64,000 bases of DNA, from positions 192,001 through 256,000 of the forward strand of contig CAXXVO010000006.1 of assembly GCA_963422645.2 (NCBI GenBank), read 5' to 3'. The stretch's first letter is position 1. Each line of letters opens with the position of its first letter. Source of the stretch: Alphaproteobacteria bacterium. GTDB taxonomy: Bacteria > Pseudomonadota > Alphaproteobacteria > UBA828. This document shows, in pieces, positions 1-10,859 of this stretch. The notes below the pieces were generated by a model. The model was not told where the DNA came from. It made no database searches and saw only the letters and a list, made by a program, of their open reading frames with translations. The position numbers were made by a program, and so were the translations under genes.

Positions 1-137
1 CGTTTCCACAACCAGCATCTCCCCCACCACCCCGTCCGTCCAAACGACGAGGTGTGTTCATGGACACAAATCCAAGGGGGTCAATTTTGGACGCCGATCA
101 CCCCCAATAGGGGGTCACTTTTCCACGCTTAACAACA
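1..137 (-). mobile_element. Left end of an IS21-family element (same element as 8309-10859), cut by the window edge
   Basis: Sequence matches 10723-10859, including the istA start and the terminal ...TTAACAACA. It abuts the interior of the unclassified transposase at 138. Confidence 0.93.
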
Positions 138-607
138 GTCAGGGACCTCCAGGATGTCCGCGACATCGTCAGGGCCAGCCGCAGGGAGACGCCCAAGCAC
201 TGCCGGGCCGGCGACCTCGACGAAGCCGAGCAGCTCGATGCCTTGCCCGCGCGCGAGCGCCTCCTCCTCGACGTCATCCGGATGATCGCCTACCGCGCCG
301 AAACCCGCATGATGCTTCCCGTCATGCAGGCGCAGGGCCACAAGCCCCATCCCCGGAAACTGCTTCAAGCGCTGCTCACCGCCGATGCCGACATCCTGCC
401 GGATCCTGGCAATGGCCTCCTGCGGGTCCACATTCTTGGCCTCGCAAACGACGCCTGCGACCGTTGGATCGATGCGGTTCTGAGCGACCTGAACGCCACC
501 GAAACGGTCTTCCCCGGCACCCGTCTGCGCATAGTCTACGACATCGACGGGGCCTCGGAATCCGCGCGGCTCGTGTCACCTAAAATCAGCAGAGGTCAGG
601 AAGTCTG
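138..607 (+). mobile_element. 3' 470 bp of the unclassified IS, interrupted by IS21
   Basis: Matches 37205-37674. Ends in GAGGTCAGGAAGTCTG followed by AGCCT. Confidence 0.93.
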
Positions 608-879
608 AGCCTTAGCCAGTCCTCTAGTCACTTTCGTATATAATTTCCCATTTTTGCCGCTTCTCGATAACTATCCACTGCAAATATCGATAATTCCTGA
701 GGTGTACCTGGCTGCAGGGGAAGGGGCTTAATCTGTCAGAGTCTAGCTATAGGCGAAACACCAAGTTTAGTGCATCAATCCCGCTGCTCAGCACCTTCTC
801 AGTCGATTCAGATGATATCACTTACTCAGTGTCCATCCTAGCACCACAACCAAACGCCCACCGTTACCCAGCCCATCGC

Positions 880-2069
880 CTACGCATCCGTCTGGTGGAG
901 GAAATCGTCCTGGCGTTCGTCCGCCTCACCGCCGCGTCCGCTGTTGGTCACGTCGAACGCTCCGCTAGCACGCAGCTCATCGGCGATCAGCAGGGGGCCG
1001 TCGCAGATGCGGTTGAGGAGGTCCGCTTGCCGGAATTCGAGTGCGACCAGGCGACCGAGGACGTGGAGCACGTTCATCAGTTCCGTGGTGTACTCGGCCA
1101 GCCAGCCCTCGGGTTGGATCTTTTCGAGCGTCGACGGCGGACGCCGGTCGCCGACAATGGGCCGGGAGCGGTCGAGGCGGCGGTAACTGAACCACTGCAG
1201 AAGCACTTGCTTGCCCGAGACCTCGTACTCCCACACCCCTCGCGACACGTTGTCGATGAAGCCATCGCCGATCTTCAGGCGGCGGGCGGCGGCATCATAT
1301 GCTATGCGATCGGGAAAGCGCCCCGGTTCGGTCGGGATTGCACCGTTCTTCGGAATGACGGCGCGCTCGCCCGCCGGCATTCGCGGCGCGGCCTTGGGCC
1401 GCTCCGCGCTGGGCTCGACGAAGCGATCACCGAAACAGTGGAGCCAGACGACCTCTCGCCCGATTTCGACGGCCTCCGAGAACAGCGAGGCTTCGGCGGT
1501 CATCGGAAAGCGCAGGCCCGGATGGACCAGGTCGGAGCGGAAACGAGCGGTGTACGCAGGATGCGCCGCAATGGCCGCGATATAGGCCATCAGATCGGGT
1601 GCGCTGATAGAGACGGCGAGAGCATCCGCTACCTCGCGCAGCAGACCCGCCTTGAGATTTGACTTCCGTTGATGGCGGTCAGCCCAGAGCGGAAATACAC
1701 GACCTCCAAAAGAACCCCTGTAGTGGTGTAGATCCGGTATCGCCGCAGAAAACGTCACCGCCGGTCCCGTTTTAGGCGCATGTGCTTGAAGCGCCGTCAA
1801 GTAGACTTGCTGGTTCGAATAGTTCTCCCAAAGCGTCGGGTTTGGTTGATTGATCACTCTTCCGTCGGGGATAATCCACTGCCGATCGAAAGAACGGAAA
1901 CCGTATCGAACAGGTGGAACAATTGAGCCCTTGTCCTTGGCAATAGAGCCGGCGCGGAACTCGTGACCGTAAAGGCCCTTGTAAAGCGGTTTATTGAGGT
2001 GTTTATCTCCGGGTTTTCCATCCCGAAGATGAGGATGGAACAGCATCTCCCGTTTTCTGGGAGTAGTTT
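880..2069 (-). pseudogene. C-terminal specificity domain of a Type ISP-like restriction-modification enzyme, 5'-truncated at an IS
   Basis: The C-terminal ~395 aa of ORF 880-3099 contain VRYGFRSFDRQWIIPD and VWEYEVSGKQVLLQWFSYR, typical of Type ISP C-terminal domains. The upstream part of that ORF is only the antisense of the IS. Confidence 0.78.
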
Positions 2070-3275
2070 CAGACTTCCTGACCTCGTGATGCTGGCTGTT
2101 CTGGGCGGCAAGCCGCTGCTCTGTCTGCACAAGCCGCTGGACCCGAAGATGGTCGCGGCCATCGAAGCCGACGTGGTGCCGGCGCTGCAGGAGCTTGGGA
2201 TCGTTGGCGCCGGGGCGCCGGACCTGACCGCCGAGCATCCCGGCCAGCCGGCGCTCACCCTGGTCTTCGACCGCGAGGGCTGGAGCCCGGATCTGTTCCG
2301 CCGGCTGGCGAGGCGCGGCGTCGCCTGCCTGACCTGGCACAAGAACTTCAGGGGCGAGGACTGGCCGGCCGAGGACTTCGGCGCGATGACCGTTCCCATT
2401 CACGGACCGGCGGCGGACGGCAGCGCCACCATGCGGCTGGCTGAGAAGCCGGTGACGTTGCCGAACGGCTTCAGGGTGCGCCAGATCCGCCGCCTGCTCG
2501 ACAACGGCCGTCAGGTGCCGCTGATCACCACCGATCCGCACAAGCCGATGGCTGAGGTTGCGGGCGCCATGTTCTCGCGCTGGTCGCAGGAGAACTTCTT
2601 CAAGTACATGCGTGACGAGTTCAATCTCGACGCCCTGCCGACCCACGAGCTCGAGCCTCTCGATCCCGCCGCCATGGTCGTCAACCCGCTGCGGCGGGCC
2701 TATGACAAGGCAATCCATCGCCTCGACCGCCAGCTTGGCCGCCTGCGCAACCGCATCGCCGACACGGCCCGGAAGAAGCAGCCGACGGCGGAACTCAGGA
2801 GGGAAGTCAGGGACCTCCAGGATGTCCGCGACATCGTCAGGGCCAGCCGCAGGGAGACGCCCAAGCACTGCCGGGCCGGCGACCTCGACGAAGCCGAGCA
2901 GCTCGATGCCTTGCCCGCGCGCGAGCGCCTCCTCCTCGACGTCATCCGGATGATCGCCTACCGCGCCGAAACCCGCATGATGCTTCCCGTCATGCAGGCG
3001 CAGGGCCACAAGCCCCATCCCCGGAAACTGCTTCAAGCGCTGCTCACCGCCGATGCCGACATCCTGCCGGATCCTGGCAATGGCCTCCTGCGGGTCCACA
3101 TTCTTGGCCTCGCAAACGACGCCTGCGACCGTTGGATCGATGCGGTTCTGAGCGACCTGAACGCCACCGAAACGGTCTTCCCCGGCACCCGTCTGCGCAT
3201 AGTCTACGACATCGACGGGGCCTCGGAATCCGCGCGGCTCGTGTCACCTAAAATCAGCAGAGGTCAGGAAGTCTG
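2070..3275 (+). mobile_element. Internally deleted (non-autonomous) copy of the unclassified IS, 1206 bp
   Basis: Both terminal IRs are present (CAGACTTCCTGACCTC / GAGGTCAGGAAGTCTG), with AGTTT on each side. It lacks the equivalent of 35199-36505, joined at TCTGGGC. Confidence 0.93.
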
Positions 3276-3901
3276 AGTTTATCCAAGCGCGCAATGACCA
3301 GATTGTTCTCCAAAAACCAATTACCGGTTCTCGCCGATTCCCACTTGTCGTTGGTCATAATTTCAAACGGCAACTGAAAGCGACGATAGAGCTCGTCCTG
3401 CCACTGCTCGGCAAGACTGCCAGGGCAGACGATCAGACAGCGATGCAAGTCTCCGCGGGCTACTAGCTCGCGAATGAGCAGCCCTGCCATGATGGTCTTT
3501 CCGGCACCGGGGTCGTCAGCCAACAGAAACCGTAAAGGCTGTCGCGGCAGCATTTCCTCATAAACAGCTGTGATCTGGTGTGGCAGCGGGTCAACAAGGG
3601 AGGTGTGTACTGCCAGGACTGGATCGAACAGATGGGCGAGCCGAATCCGGTGCGCCTCGGACACGAGCCTAAACAGTCGGCCATCGCCGTCTAAACTCCA
3701 TGGCCGTCCTTCTTCGATAACTTCCAATCGAGACTCATCGTGGCGGTACAAGAGTTCGTTGGCTACCTTACCTTTCGAATCCTTGTAAGTGAGTTCTACC
3801 GCTTCGGAGCCAAACCATTGGACGTTAACGACCGTGACAAGGCCATGGGGAAGGATGCCGCGTATCGACGTGTTGGGAAGAAGGTCATCAAGGCGCGTCA
3901 T
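3276..3901 (-). pseudogene. N-terminal fragment of an SNF2-family helicase, truncated by an IS
   Basis: PLPHQITAVYEEMLPRQPLRFLLADDPGAGKT (Q motif and Walker A) and LIVCPGSLAEQWQDEL (motif Ia). The frame runs into the IS right end after LDKL. Confidence 0.88.
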
Positions 3902-4342
3902 GTCAGTCCGGTCCATTTGCGAGAAGCCAGAGTGGTGCTTCCGACAGCGACCCAGCTGACCGCCGGAATCCCAGGCGGGGCCTCGATACTCCGGTCCGCT
4001 CTGAACAATGGGTCGCGACGCCGGTCATCGTAGCGAAAGCGCGCGCGTGCAAACTCGGGGGCCCGTTTGTCCGCCTGTGTCCTTCGACCATCTATCGCTC
4101 CGTCTTGCGCCGGTCACGCTGCGCGGCGGTGATAACATGTTGGACGTTCGGCCGCGAGACCCGGAACTCCTTCACGATCGCCGCGAGCCTGAGGCTGGCC
4201 GCGAGACGTCGAGGGTTCTCGCCGGCGACCGGCCGGCTTTTCCTCCCGATCTATCCTGTGTTACCGACGCAATCCCCACATGGCCTTGACATGGTAAGGA
4301 ATATTCCTTACCATCCTGCGCGGCACAGAAGGAGCGGCGATC

Positions 4343-4663
4343 ATGTCGATTATCCACGAAGTCGCCACGATGACCGCGAAGGGCCAGATCACCCTGCCGA
4401 AGTCGGTCCGTCAGGCGCTCGGGGTCGATGTCGGTGCCAAGGTGGCATTCGAGCTCCACGAGGACGGACAGGTCGTCGTCAGCCGTGCCGACACCGAGCA
4501 TGAAGATCCGGCCATCGCTGCTTTCCTCGACCTGCTCGCCGGCGATATCCAGGCCGGCCGGCATGTTCGGGCGATTCCTGACGATCTGGCACAGGACATG
4601 CTCGAACATTCGCAGCGTGAAGCAGGACCGGACGAGAACATCGACGGCGACGTCGACCTCTGA
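4343..4663 (+). CDS. prlF: PrlF/SohA-family (AbrB fold) antitoxin
   Basis: TMTAKGQITLPKSVRQALG and EDPAIAAFLDLLAGDI with an acidic tail. The stop overlaps the toxin start. Confidence 0.88.
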   Translation: MSIIHEVATMTAKGQITLPKSVRQALGVDVGAKVAFELHEDGQVVVSRADTEHEDPAIAAFLDLLAGDIQAGRHVRAIPDDLAQDMLEHSQREAGPDENIDGDVDL

Positions 4664-5121
4664 TGCAGCGCCATGGATGGACGCTGCTGTTCCACGATTG
4701 CCTCATCGAGCAGCTGCGCAAGCTCCACAACGCGGTCCAACGCGCGCAACAAAGCGATCCGGCGGGGTTCTCATCGAATGCGAACGTCAAGCTGTTCCAC
4801 GCACTGAGCCGGCTGATGCTGGAAGTCATCCCGCAGGATCCATCCCGGGACGAGTACCGCCAGGGCACCACGCTCGGCCCGCGCTACCGCCATTGGCGGC
4901 GTGCCAGGATCGGCAGACGGTTCCGACTGTTCTTCCGCTATGACGCCCGGGCGAAGGTGATCGTCTACGCGTGGGTCAATGACCAATCGACGCTGCGCTC
5001 CTCGGGGAGCAGGACCGATCCGTACACGGTCTTCGCCAGGATGCTCGCGCGGGGAAATCCGCCCGACGACTGGACCTCATTGATGACCGCATCGAGGCAG
5101 GACTGGCAGTCGGGGAAATAA
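4663..5121 (+). CDS. yhaV: YhaV-family type II toxin (RelE superfamily RNase)
   Basis: IPQDPSRDEYRQGTTLG, RFRLFFRYD, IVYAWVND, DPYTVFARMLARGNPPDDW. Confidence 0.9.
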   Translation: MQRHGWTLLFHDCLIEQLRKLHNAVQRAQQSDPAGFSSNANVKLFHALSRLMLEVIPQDPSRDEYRQGTTLGPRYRHWRRARIGRRFRLFFRYDARAKVIVYAWVNDQSTLRSSGSRTDPYTVFARMLARGNPPDDWTSLMTASRQDWQSGK

Positions 5122-5420
5122 CCGCCTTCAGATTGCGCCGGCCCGCGAAGGGGCGGAGACGCTCCAGCGAATACCCTCTGAACGCGCCACCGGGCAGTCG
5201 GCTGACAGCATGCCCACGGCTTCGGACAATCTGCGCGTGGGCGCGGGATACCACAGCGCCGAAACGCCGCGGAGTAGTGTGAGGCGGCGCACGTAGCCCG
5301 CTCGCGTCCAGAGAGACCGCAATCATGCTCGGAACCCGGCTCACCAGCGAGGACATCGCCTCACACATCAGAGAGGCAGGAGAGACCTGTCTCCTCATCG
5401 CACCGGGTGTGGATGTCAAC

Positions 5421-5580
5421 GGCGGCGCTCGGCGAAGGCCTGCCGATGATCGGCAAGCTGCTCGGTCACACCCAGGTGCAGACGACCGCCCGGTACGCCC
5501 ACCTTGCCCGCGATACCGTGCAGGCGTCCGCGGCGCGCATCGGCGACAGCATCGAGAACGATCTCGTCACCACGCCATAA
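5421..5580 (+). pseudogene. Tyrosine integrase C-terminal fragment
   Basis: Manual translation GEGLPMIGKLLGHTQVQTTARYAHLARD contains the LLGH...T..Y catalytic box. There is no upstream body. Confidence 0.82.
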
Positions 5581-5645
5581 GCTGCTTTCGATTCTACGGA
5601 TTATGCGTTTATTGAGGCAAGTCTCTGTCGCCCAGGAAACCTGCC

Positions 5646-5729
5646 ATGCCCACCGTGAGCGCCCTCGAATTCCAGCGCAATTTCCGCCGGTTCCAGCACG
5701 AGGCGGGGCGCGAGCCGGTGGAGATAACC
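5646..5729 (+). pseudogene. Phd/YefM antitoxin N-terminal fragment
   Basis: MPTVSALEFQRNFRRFQHEAGREPVEIT, then an abrupt join to an IS66 remnant. Confidence 0.7.
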
Positions 5730-5863
5730 CCCACACCAGGCTCAGGGCGAGCCTCGAAGCAATCGCCGCCGGCCATCCGAACAGCCGCATCGACGAGCTC
5801 CTGCCCTGGAACTTCGACGGTCCGTCAAGCTGACAAACCGGGTGGGGCGCTCGTGGCGCTTAC
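5730..5863 (+). mobile_element. IS66-family right-end remnant
   Basis: LEAIAAGHPNSRIDELLPWN is the IS66 TnpC C-terminal signature, followed by the terminal ...GCGCTTAC. Confidence 0.82.
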
Positions 5864-5921
5864 GTACTTGACGCTACTTGGAACGCCTGTATCGCCACCC
5901 AAGGATATGAAGAGAACTATC

Positions 5922-7809
5922 GTAACTGCCCAGGTTCTTGCTGTGAAAATTCTCTGGGATTCGGCACAACGCTACCCACGCGACGCCCGTGTGCTCCTCT
6001 GGGGTCGCCGGGTTTCACAGCTCACGATGCCCCTCTTGCGGACTGCGACCGGTAAGCTACCCCGATGTGGCCCGAAGTCCGCCCGCGCGACGGGCACCGA
6101 TTTTCATTCTATGGGGTGGTCCAGCACGGCGTCGACCATGATCGTTTATGAGAATGGCTCCGCTGTTGGAGAACCCGTGCCAGGTGAGCTTACGCGCACT
6201 TGACGGTGGCGATGAGCCGATCCGATGGGCTGGTCAGGGCTTCGATGATATTCCAGCCCTGCTTTCTGGCGGTGGTGATGACGCTGCGCAGGATGGCGAA
6301 GTTCTCGGCCCCCTGCGCGGACCGGAAGCCCCCGGAGATCTTCTGGCGCAGCTTCATCATCCGAAGGTCGCGCTCGGCCTCGTTGTTCGTGAACCCGACC
6401 TCGAGGTCGATCAGGAACCGGAGCACCGCGCATTTGTGGTCGCGCAGCCTCAAGGCCGGATTGTGACCGATCCTTCGCTTCCGGCGCTTCTTCCTCTTGC
6501 CAGGCGAGAACGGTGGTTGGCTCTCGTGAAAGGCCAGCGCATCGGCGATGATCTCGTCGTATCGGCGCTCGATCAGCGCCACAAGCCTCGCCGGAACGGC
6601 GATATCCTTGTCCAGCGCGATGCGGGCGGCGCGATTGGCTCGGCGCAGGAGCTGCTGCATCCGCCGGGCCCAAGCCTCCCCTTCGATGTCCACCAGCGCC
6701 TGCAACTCCCGCAGGTGATGGGCGTTGCACAGGCCGTGCTCCACCCCTTCCATCGCGAAGTACGGCTTCCAGTGATCGTGCACGACGATGCCGGAGACAC
6801 CCGAGAGCAGGGCGCCGCGCTTGCCGCTGACCCGGTACGCCGCCAGCAGCGGCGTGCAGATCACATGAAGCCACTGCGTCTGACCGCCGATCCGCAAGCC
6901 GGTCTCGTCCATGTGTTTCACCCGCGCCGTGCCCGCCGCCAGGTCCTGTATGTGCAAGGCCGCGTCCCGCAGCCGCTCGGCCGCCCTCTCGCTCATCGTC
7001 GCCAACGTCGCAGCCGTCACCGGCGCGCCGAAGAGCTCGGCCATCACCTGCGACAGCCGATCCTCCGGCAGGAAGTGAGCGTGCTGAAGGTAGACCGCCA
7101 CCCCGGCAATGCGCGGGCCGTACTGCACCGGCGCCGACACCCCGTCGGGGAACGCCGCCCGGGTCACCGTCCCGCAATGCCCGCAGCACTTGGCATGCGC
7201 CCGGTGCTCGGTCACCTCCAGGGGGCTCGGCTCGGGCAGATCGAACACCTGGCGGGCGACGGGCGTTCCCGCCCTGGCCGCGTCCGAAAGCGGCGAACCG
7301 CATCCCTTGCAGGAAGCCGGGACGTGATCCTTCACCCGATCCGGGTGATCGGCGCGGCGCAGCGTCTTGCCCTTGTGGCCGGGCTGGCCACCGGGCTTGC
7401 GGCCCGATTTGCCGCGCAGGCTTCGGGTTCGCCGCTTCGAATTCGGCTTCCTCAGCCCATCGCTCGAAGGCGGCTTGCCGCTGTTGCCGCTGTTGAGGCC
7501 GAGACGGCGCTCCAACTCCTCGATGCGCTCGACGAGACGCGCGACTTGCTCTTCCAGCCGCGCGTTCTGCTGCCGAAGCCAGGCATTTTCCTCCCGAAGC
7601 CGGGCGTTCTCCTCCTCCAGGCGGGCGATCTTCTGCGCGGGCGTTTCGGGCGCTGCTCCCGTCGAAGGGCCGCGCGGCGACTCGGGATTGCTCATGTCGT
7701 TGTTGAGTCATTTCCCGAAATTCCCGTCAAGCCCTTTCCACCAACTCCGAACGAGAAACGCCTCAATCCACTGGCCCAAAATGACAAATCAGACGACCTG
7801 GGCAGTTAC
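5922..7809 (-). mobile_element. Complete single-ORF IS66-family element (ISBst12-type organisation), 1888 bp
   Basis: 14-bp IR GTAACTGCCCAGGT / ACCTGGGCAGTTAC. 8-bp target duplication GAACTATC at 5914-5921 and 7810-7817. Confidence 0.93.
6190..7695 (-). CDS. IS66-family transposase
   Basis: Leucine-zipper N-terminus, NSGNSGKPPSSD, CxxC zinc fingers, HMDET, VHD, TNNEAERDLR. Confidence 0.93.
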   Translation of the reverse strand: MSNPESPRGPSTGAAPETPAQKIARLEEENARLREENAWLRQQNARLEEQVARLVERIEELERRLGLNSGNSGKPPSSDGLRKPNSKRRTRSLRGKSGRKPGGQPGHKGKTLRRADHPDRVKDHVPASCKGCGSPLSDAARAGTPVARQVFDLPEPSPLEVTEHRAHAKCCGHCGTVTRAAFPDGVSAPVQYGPRIAGVAVYLQHAHFLPEDRLSQVMAELFGAPVTAATLATMSERAAERLRDAALHIQDLAAGTARVKHMDETGLRIGGQTQWLHVICTPLLAAYRVSGKRGALLSGVSGIVVHDHWKPYFAMEGVEHGLCNAHHLRELQALVDIEGEAWARRMQQLLRRANRAARIALDKDIAVPARLVALIERRYDEIIADALAFHESQPPFSPGKRKKRRKRRIGHNPALRLRDHKCAVLRFLIDLEVGFTNNEAERDLRMMKLRQKISGGFRSAQGAENFAILRSVITTARKQGWNIIEALTSPSDRLIATVKCA

Positions 7810-8014
7810 GAACTATCTTGACGACTATATCGAAGCTGCAATCGAGCTTGCCGATGCCATTATTGACAAGGAATTGTACGGCATGCGTGACACGTTGGTA
7901 TTGCCAATTATGTACAACGCCAGACACGCCGTCGAGTTGACACTGAAATTTTCTACCGATCGTCTCATTCAATCTTGCGTGGTGAGGGACGAAGGGCGGA
8001 AACTACCATCTTCT

Positions 8015-8308
8015 TCACTGGGCGTATCCGAGCCCATTGGCAAGAGAGCGTAGGAGTTGCGCGGAGCGCGCGGCAATGATGCTGCTTTCTCGAAAGGACG
8101 CTTCGTTGATGGCCCGGATGTCGCGATCATCCACCAATTCCACCAGCATTTCCGTTGCAGCGTGACCATACGGCTGCACGGCGACATCGTGCGAGATCGG
8201 AAGCCAAAAGTGGTTCTCCCCTCGGTACTTCGCGAACGCAAGGGCATAGCTACCGATGACAAAACTCTTACGGGGCTTTGCGATTCGGGCGATTCTGAGC
8301 CCCATGAC
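8015..8308 (-). pseudogene. C-terminal fragment of a hypothetical (DUF4238-like) protein truncated by IS21
   Basis: KSFVIGS...FWLPISHDVAV...IRAINEASFRESSIIAARS. Its upstream frame is IS21 sequence. Confidence 0.5.
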
Positions 8309-8510
8309 TGTCAATCGGCTTTCAATACTGACCCCCGATCGGCGTGCAAAATTGACCCCCCTGAGTGGCACGGCGGAGGTTGTCCCGGTAGCCAATAGGG
8401 GGGACCCGCGCGGCTTCGTGTGGCGCCCTGCGCTACGCGGAGCGAAGCCGCGTGGGGGGTCCCTGTTGGCCCACCGGGGCAACCGGGCCGCAAGGGAGGC
8501 CGGCGGCGGG

Positions 8511-9239
8511 TCAGGAGCGGTTCTTGAAGCGCCAGCTCTCGTTGCCGGTCTCGATGATCTCGCAATGATGGGTGAGGCGATCGAGCAGCGCTGTGGTCAT
8601 CTTGGGGTCGCCGAAGACGGATGGCCATTCGCCGAAGGCGAGGTTTGTGGTGATGACGATCGAGGTGCGCTCGTAGAGCCGGCTCATCAGATGGAAGAGC
8701 AGCTGCCCACCGGCCTGGGCGAAGGGCAGGTAGCCGAGCTCGTCGAGGATGACGAAGTCGCGGCGGACGAGCTGGTCTGCAGTGCGGCCCTGGCGTCCGG
8801 CGCGAAGCTCGGCCTCGAGGAGGTTGACCAGGTCGACGACGTTGTAGCACCGGCCGCGCGCGCCCTTGCGGATGCAGGACCGCGCGATGGCGACGGCGAG
8901 ATGGGTCTTGCCGGTACCGGTGCCGCCGACCAGCACGATGTTGCGTTTGCCCTCGAGGAAGCCGCCGCCGGCGAGCTCCTGGATCAGGGGCTCGTTGACC
9001 GGCGAGGCGGCGAAGTCGAAGTCGGCCAGCTCCTTGACCGTCGGCAGCTTGGCGGAGGCCATCTGGTACTTGATCGAGCGGGCCCTCTTGTCGGCGATCT
9101 CGACCTGCAGCAGCGTACCGATGATCTGTTGCACCGGATGGCGGCGCTTGAGCCCGTCGGCAAGGATGTCGTCGTAAGCGGCGCGCATACCTGCGAGCTT
9201 CAGCTGGGTCATCATCTCCAGCACATCATGACGCTCCAT
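8511..9239 (-). CDS. istB: IS21 helper AAA+ ATPase IstB
   Basis: [35 protein letters not shown]. Confidence 0.96.
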   Translation of the reverse strand: MERHDVLEMMTQLKLAGMRAAYDDILADGLKRRHPVQQIIGTLLQVEIADKRARSIKYQMASAKLPTVKELADFDFAASPVNEPLIQELAGGGFLEGKRNIVLVGGTGTGKTHLAVAIARSCIRKGARGRCYNVVDLVNLLEAELRAGRQGRTADQLVRRDFVILDELGYLPFAQAGGQLLFHLMSRLYERTSIVITTNLAFGEWPSVFGDPKMTTALLDRLTHHCEIIETGNESWRFKNRS

Positions 9240-10740
9240 GACCGGCCTCCCTCAGGCTGTCGTAGCGCTGACAGTCGGCTACCGGCTTGTGGCGAAGCTG
9301 CAGGCCCTCGGGCGTCGGGATGATTGCCGGCGGTGCCGGCTGGCGCTGCCGGGCGAGGATGTTGAGCACCACGTCGGCGCTGCAGGCACCGCAGTCGAGC
9401 GTCTCGGCACAGGCCGCCTCAACCGCCTCCAGTCCGTCCTCCAGCACCGCCGCGAGCACCTTGACGAACTGCCGGTCGCCGTCGTCGTGGCCCGCGAGCC
9501 GGGTTCGCAGGCGGCCGAGCGCGTTGGGCAACTGCCAGTCCTTGAAGGGCGCGCCATTGCGTAGCGCGCCGGGCTTCCGCGTCAGGATCGGCACGTAATG
9601 CCACGGATCGTAGACGAACCGGCCGCGCCCGAAGCTGCGGGGGTGCTCGGCAACGGTCTCGCCGTCCTGGCGGATGACGATCCGATCGGCATAGGCCCGC
9701 ACGTCCACCGGCCGGCCGACGGCGCGGGCCGCGACGCTGTACTGGTTGTTGTCGAAGCGCACCAGACAGGTCTTCGAGACCGACACCTCGCTGGCATGGA
9801 AGCCGTCGAAGGGGCCGCGATACGCCATCAGGAAGGGCTGCTCCTCCTCGAACACCTGCCACACCGTCTTGCCCGGGATTGTCGGATGCGGATGCTTCTT
9901 GGCGTCCTCGATGCACCGATCCATCAGCCACTCGTTGATCTCGGCGTAGGAGCGGCCCCGCGGGATGGGCACGAACAGGCGGCCGCGAAGGTCACCCACC
10001 TGCTTCTCGACCTGCCCCTTCTCCCAGCCAGCCCCTGGCGTGCACGCCACAGGCTCCACCAGATGGTGCGAGCACAGCTCCTGGAAGCGGCGGTTGTAGT
10101 CCCGCTTCTTGCCCACGAAGATCGTGCTCACCGCCGTCTTCATGTTGTCGTAGATGCCCCGCCGGCAGACCCCGCCGAAGAAGCGGAAGGCACGCTCGTG
10201 CGCCTCGAAGACCATCTCCTGGCTCTCGCGGGGAAAGATCTGGACCAGATACATCCGGCTGTGGCACAGCCGCATGTGCGCCGCCTTCACCCTGGTCGTC
10301 GCGCCCGACAGACGCGCGTACTCGTGGCTCCAGTCGAACTGGTAGGCCTCGCCGGGATCGAAGATCAGCGGCACATAGGCCTGCGCCGGCGACAACAGCC
10401 GCCACCGGCGCCGCCAGGCCCTGGCATAGCGGCGAACCGCGTCATAGCCGCCCTTGTAGCCCAGCGACACAAGGTCTTCATGAATCCGCAGAAGAGACAG
10501 CCGATCCTTGCGTGCCTTCTTCTCGTTGGCCTTCAGCTGGCGCTCAAGCTCCTCCACCCACAGCCCAAGCTTCGGCATCGGCTGGATCTTGCGCTCGTAG
10601 CTGTGCGAGGTCGCATCGCCCCGCACCACCTTGCGTATCGTGTTCTTGGAAACCCTCAAATCCCGGGCGAGCTTCTTGATCGGAACGCCCTTCACCAGAT
10701 GATCCCGACGGATCTTCGCGATCGTTTCCACAACCAGCAT
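9226..10740 (-). CDS. istA: IS21 transposase IstA
   Basis: N-terminal [21 protein letters not shown] (DDE triad). Confidence 0.96.
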   Translation of the reverse strand: MLVVETIAKIRRDHLVKGVPIKKLARDLRVSKNTIRKVVRGDATSHSYERKIQPMPKLGLWVEELERQLKANEKKARKDRLSLLRIHEDLVSLGYKGGYDAVRRYARAWRRRWRLLSPAQAYVPLIFDPGEAYQFDWSHEYARLSGATTRVKAAHMRLCHSRMYLVQIFPRESQEMVFEAHERAFRFFGGVCRRGIYDNMKTAVSTIFVGKKRDYNRRFQELCSHHLVEPVACTPGAGWEKGQVEKQVGDLRGRLFVPIPRGRSYAEINEWLMDRCIEDAKKHPHPTIPGKTVWQVFEEEQPFLMAYRGPFDGFHASEVSVSKTCLVRFDNNQYSVAARAVGRPVDVRAYADRIVIRQDGETVAEHPRSFGRGRFVYDPWHYVPILTRKPGALRNGAPFKDWQLPNALGRLRTRLAGHDDGDRQFVKVLAAVLEDGLEAVEAACAETLDCGACSADVVLNILARQRQPAPPAIIPTPEGLQLRHKPVADCQRYDSLREAGHGAS

Positions 10741-10859
10741 CTCCCCCACCACCCCGTCCGTCCAAACGACGAGGTGTGTTCATGGACACAAATCCAAGGG
10801 GGTCAATTTTGGACGCCGATCACCCCCAATAGGGGGTCACTTTTCCACGCTTAACAACA

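Larger units (their letters stand above)
5872..8005 (+). pseudogene. Low-GC hypothetical (possibly HEPN-like) gene fragment split by the IS66 element
   Basis: Removing the IS and one 8-bp repeat restores ATWNACIATQGYEENYLDDYIEAAIELADAIIDKELYGMRDTLVLPIMYNARHAVELTLKF. The family call is tentative. Confidence 0.55.
8309..10859 (-). mobile_element. Complete IS21-family element, 2551 bp
   Basis: TGTCAATCG...TTAACAACA termini with repeated TGACCCCC motifs and overlapping istA-istB. No clear target duplication. Confidence 0.95.

Noticed and set aside
609-879. AT-rich segment as a gene or ncRNA
   Set aside because: I found no sustained open frame and no convincing stem structure.
880-3099. 739-aa ORF as one large protein
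   Set aside because: It is a chimera: the first ~345 aa are the antisense of the IS transposase, and only 880-2069 is a real gene fragment.
1963-3276. 437-aa ORF as an intact transposase
   Set aside because: It starts in flanking DNA, reads through the IR and lacks the HTHs and first catalytic Asp because of the 1307-bp deletion.
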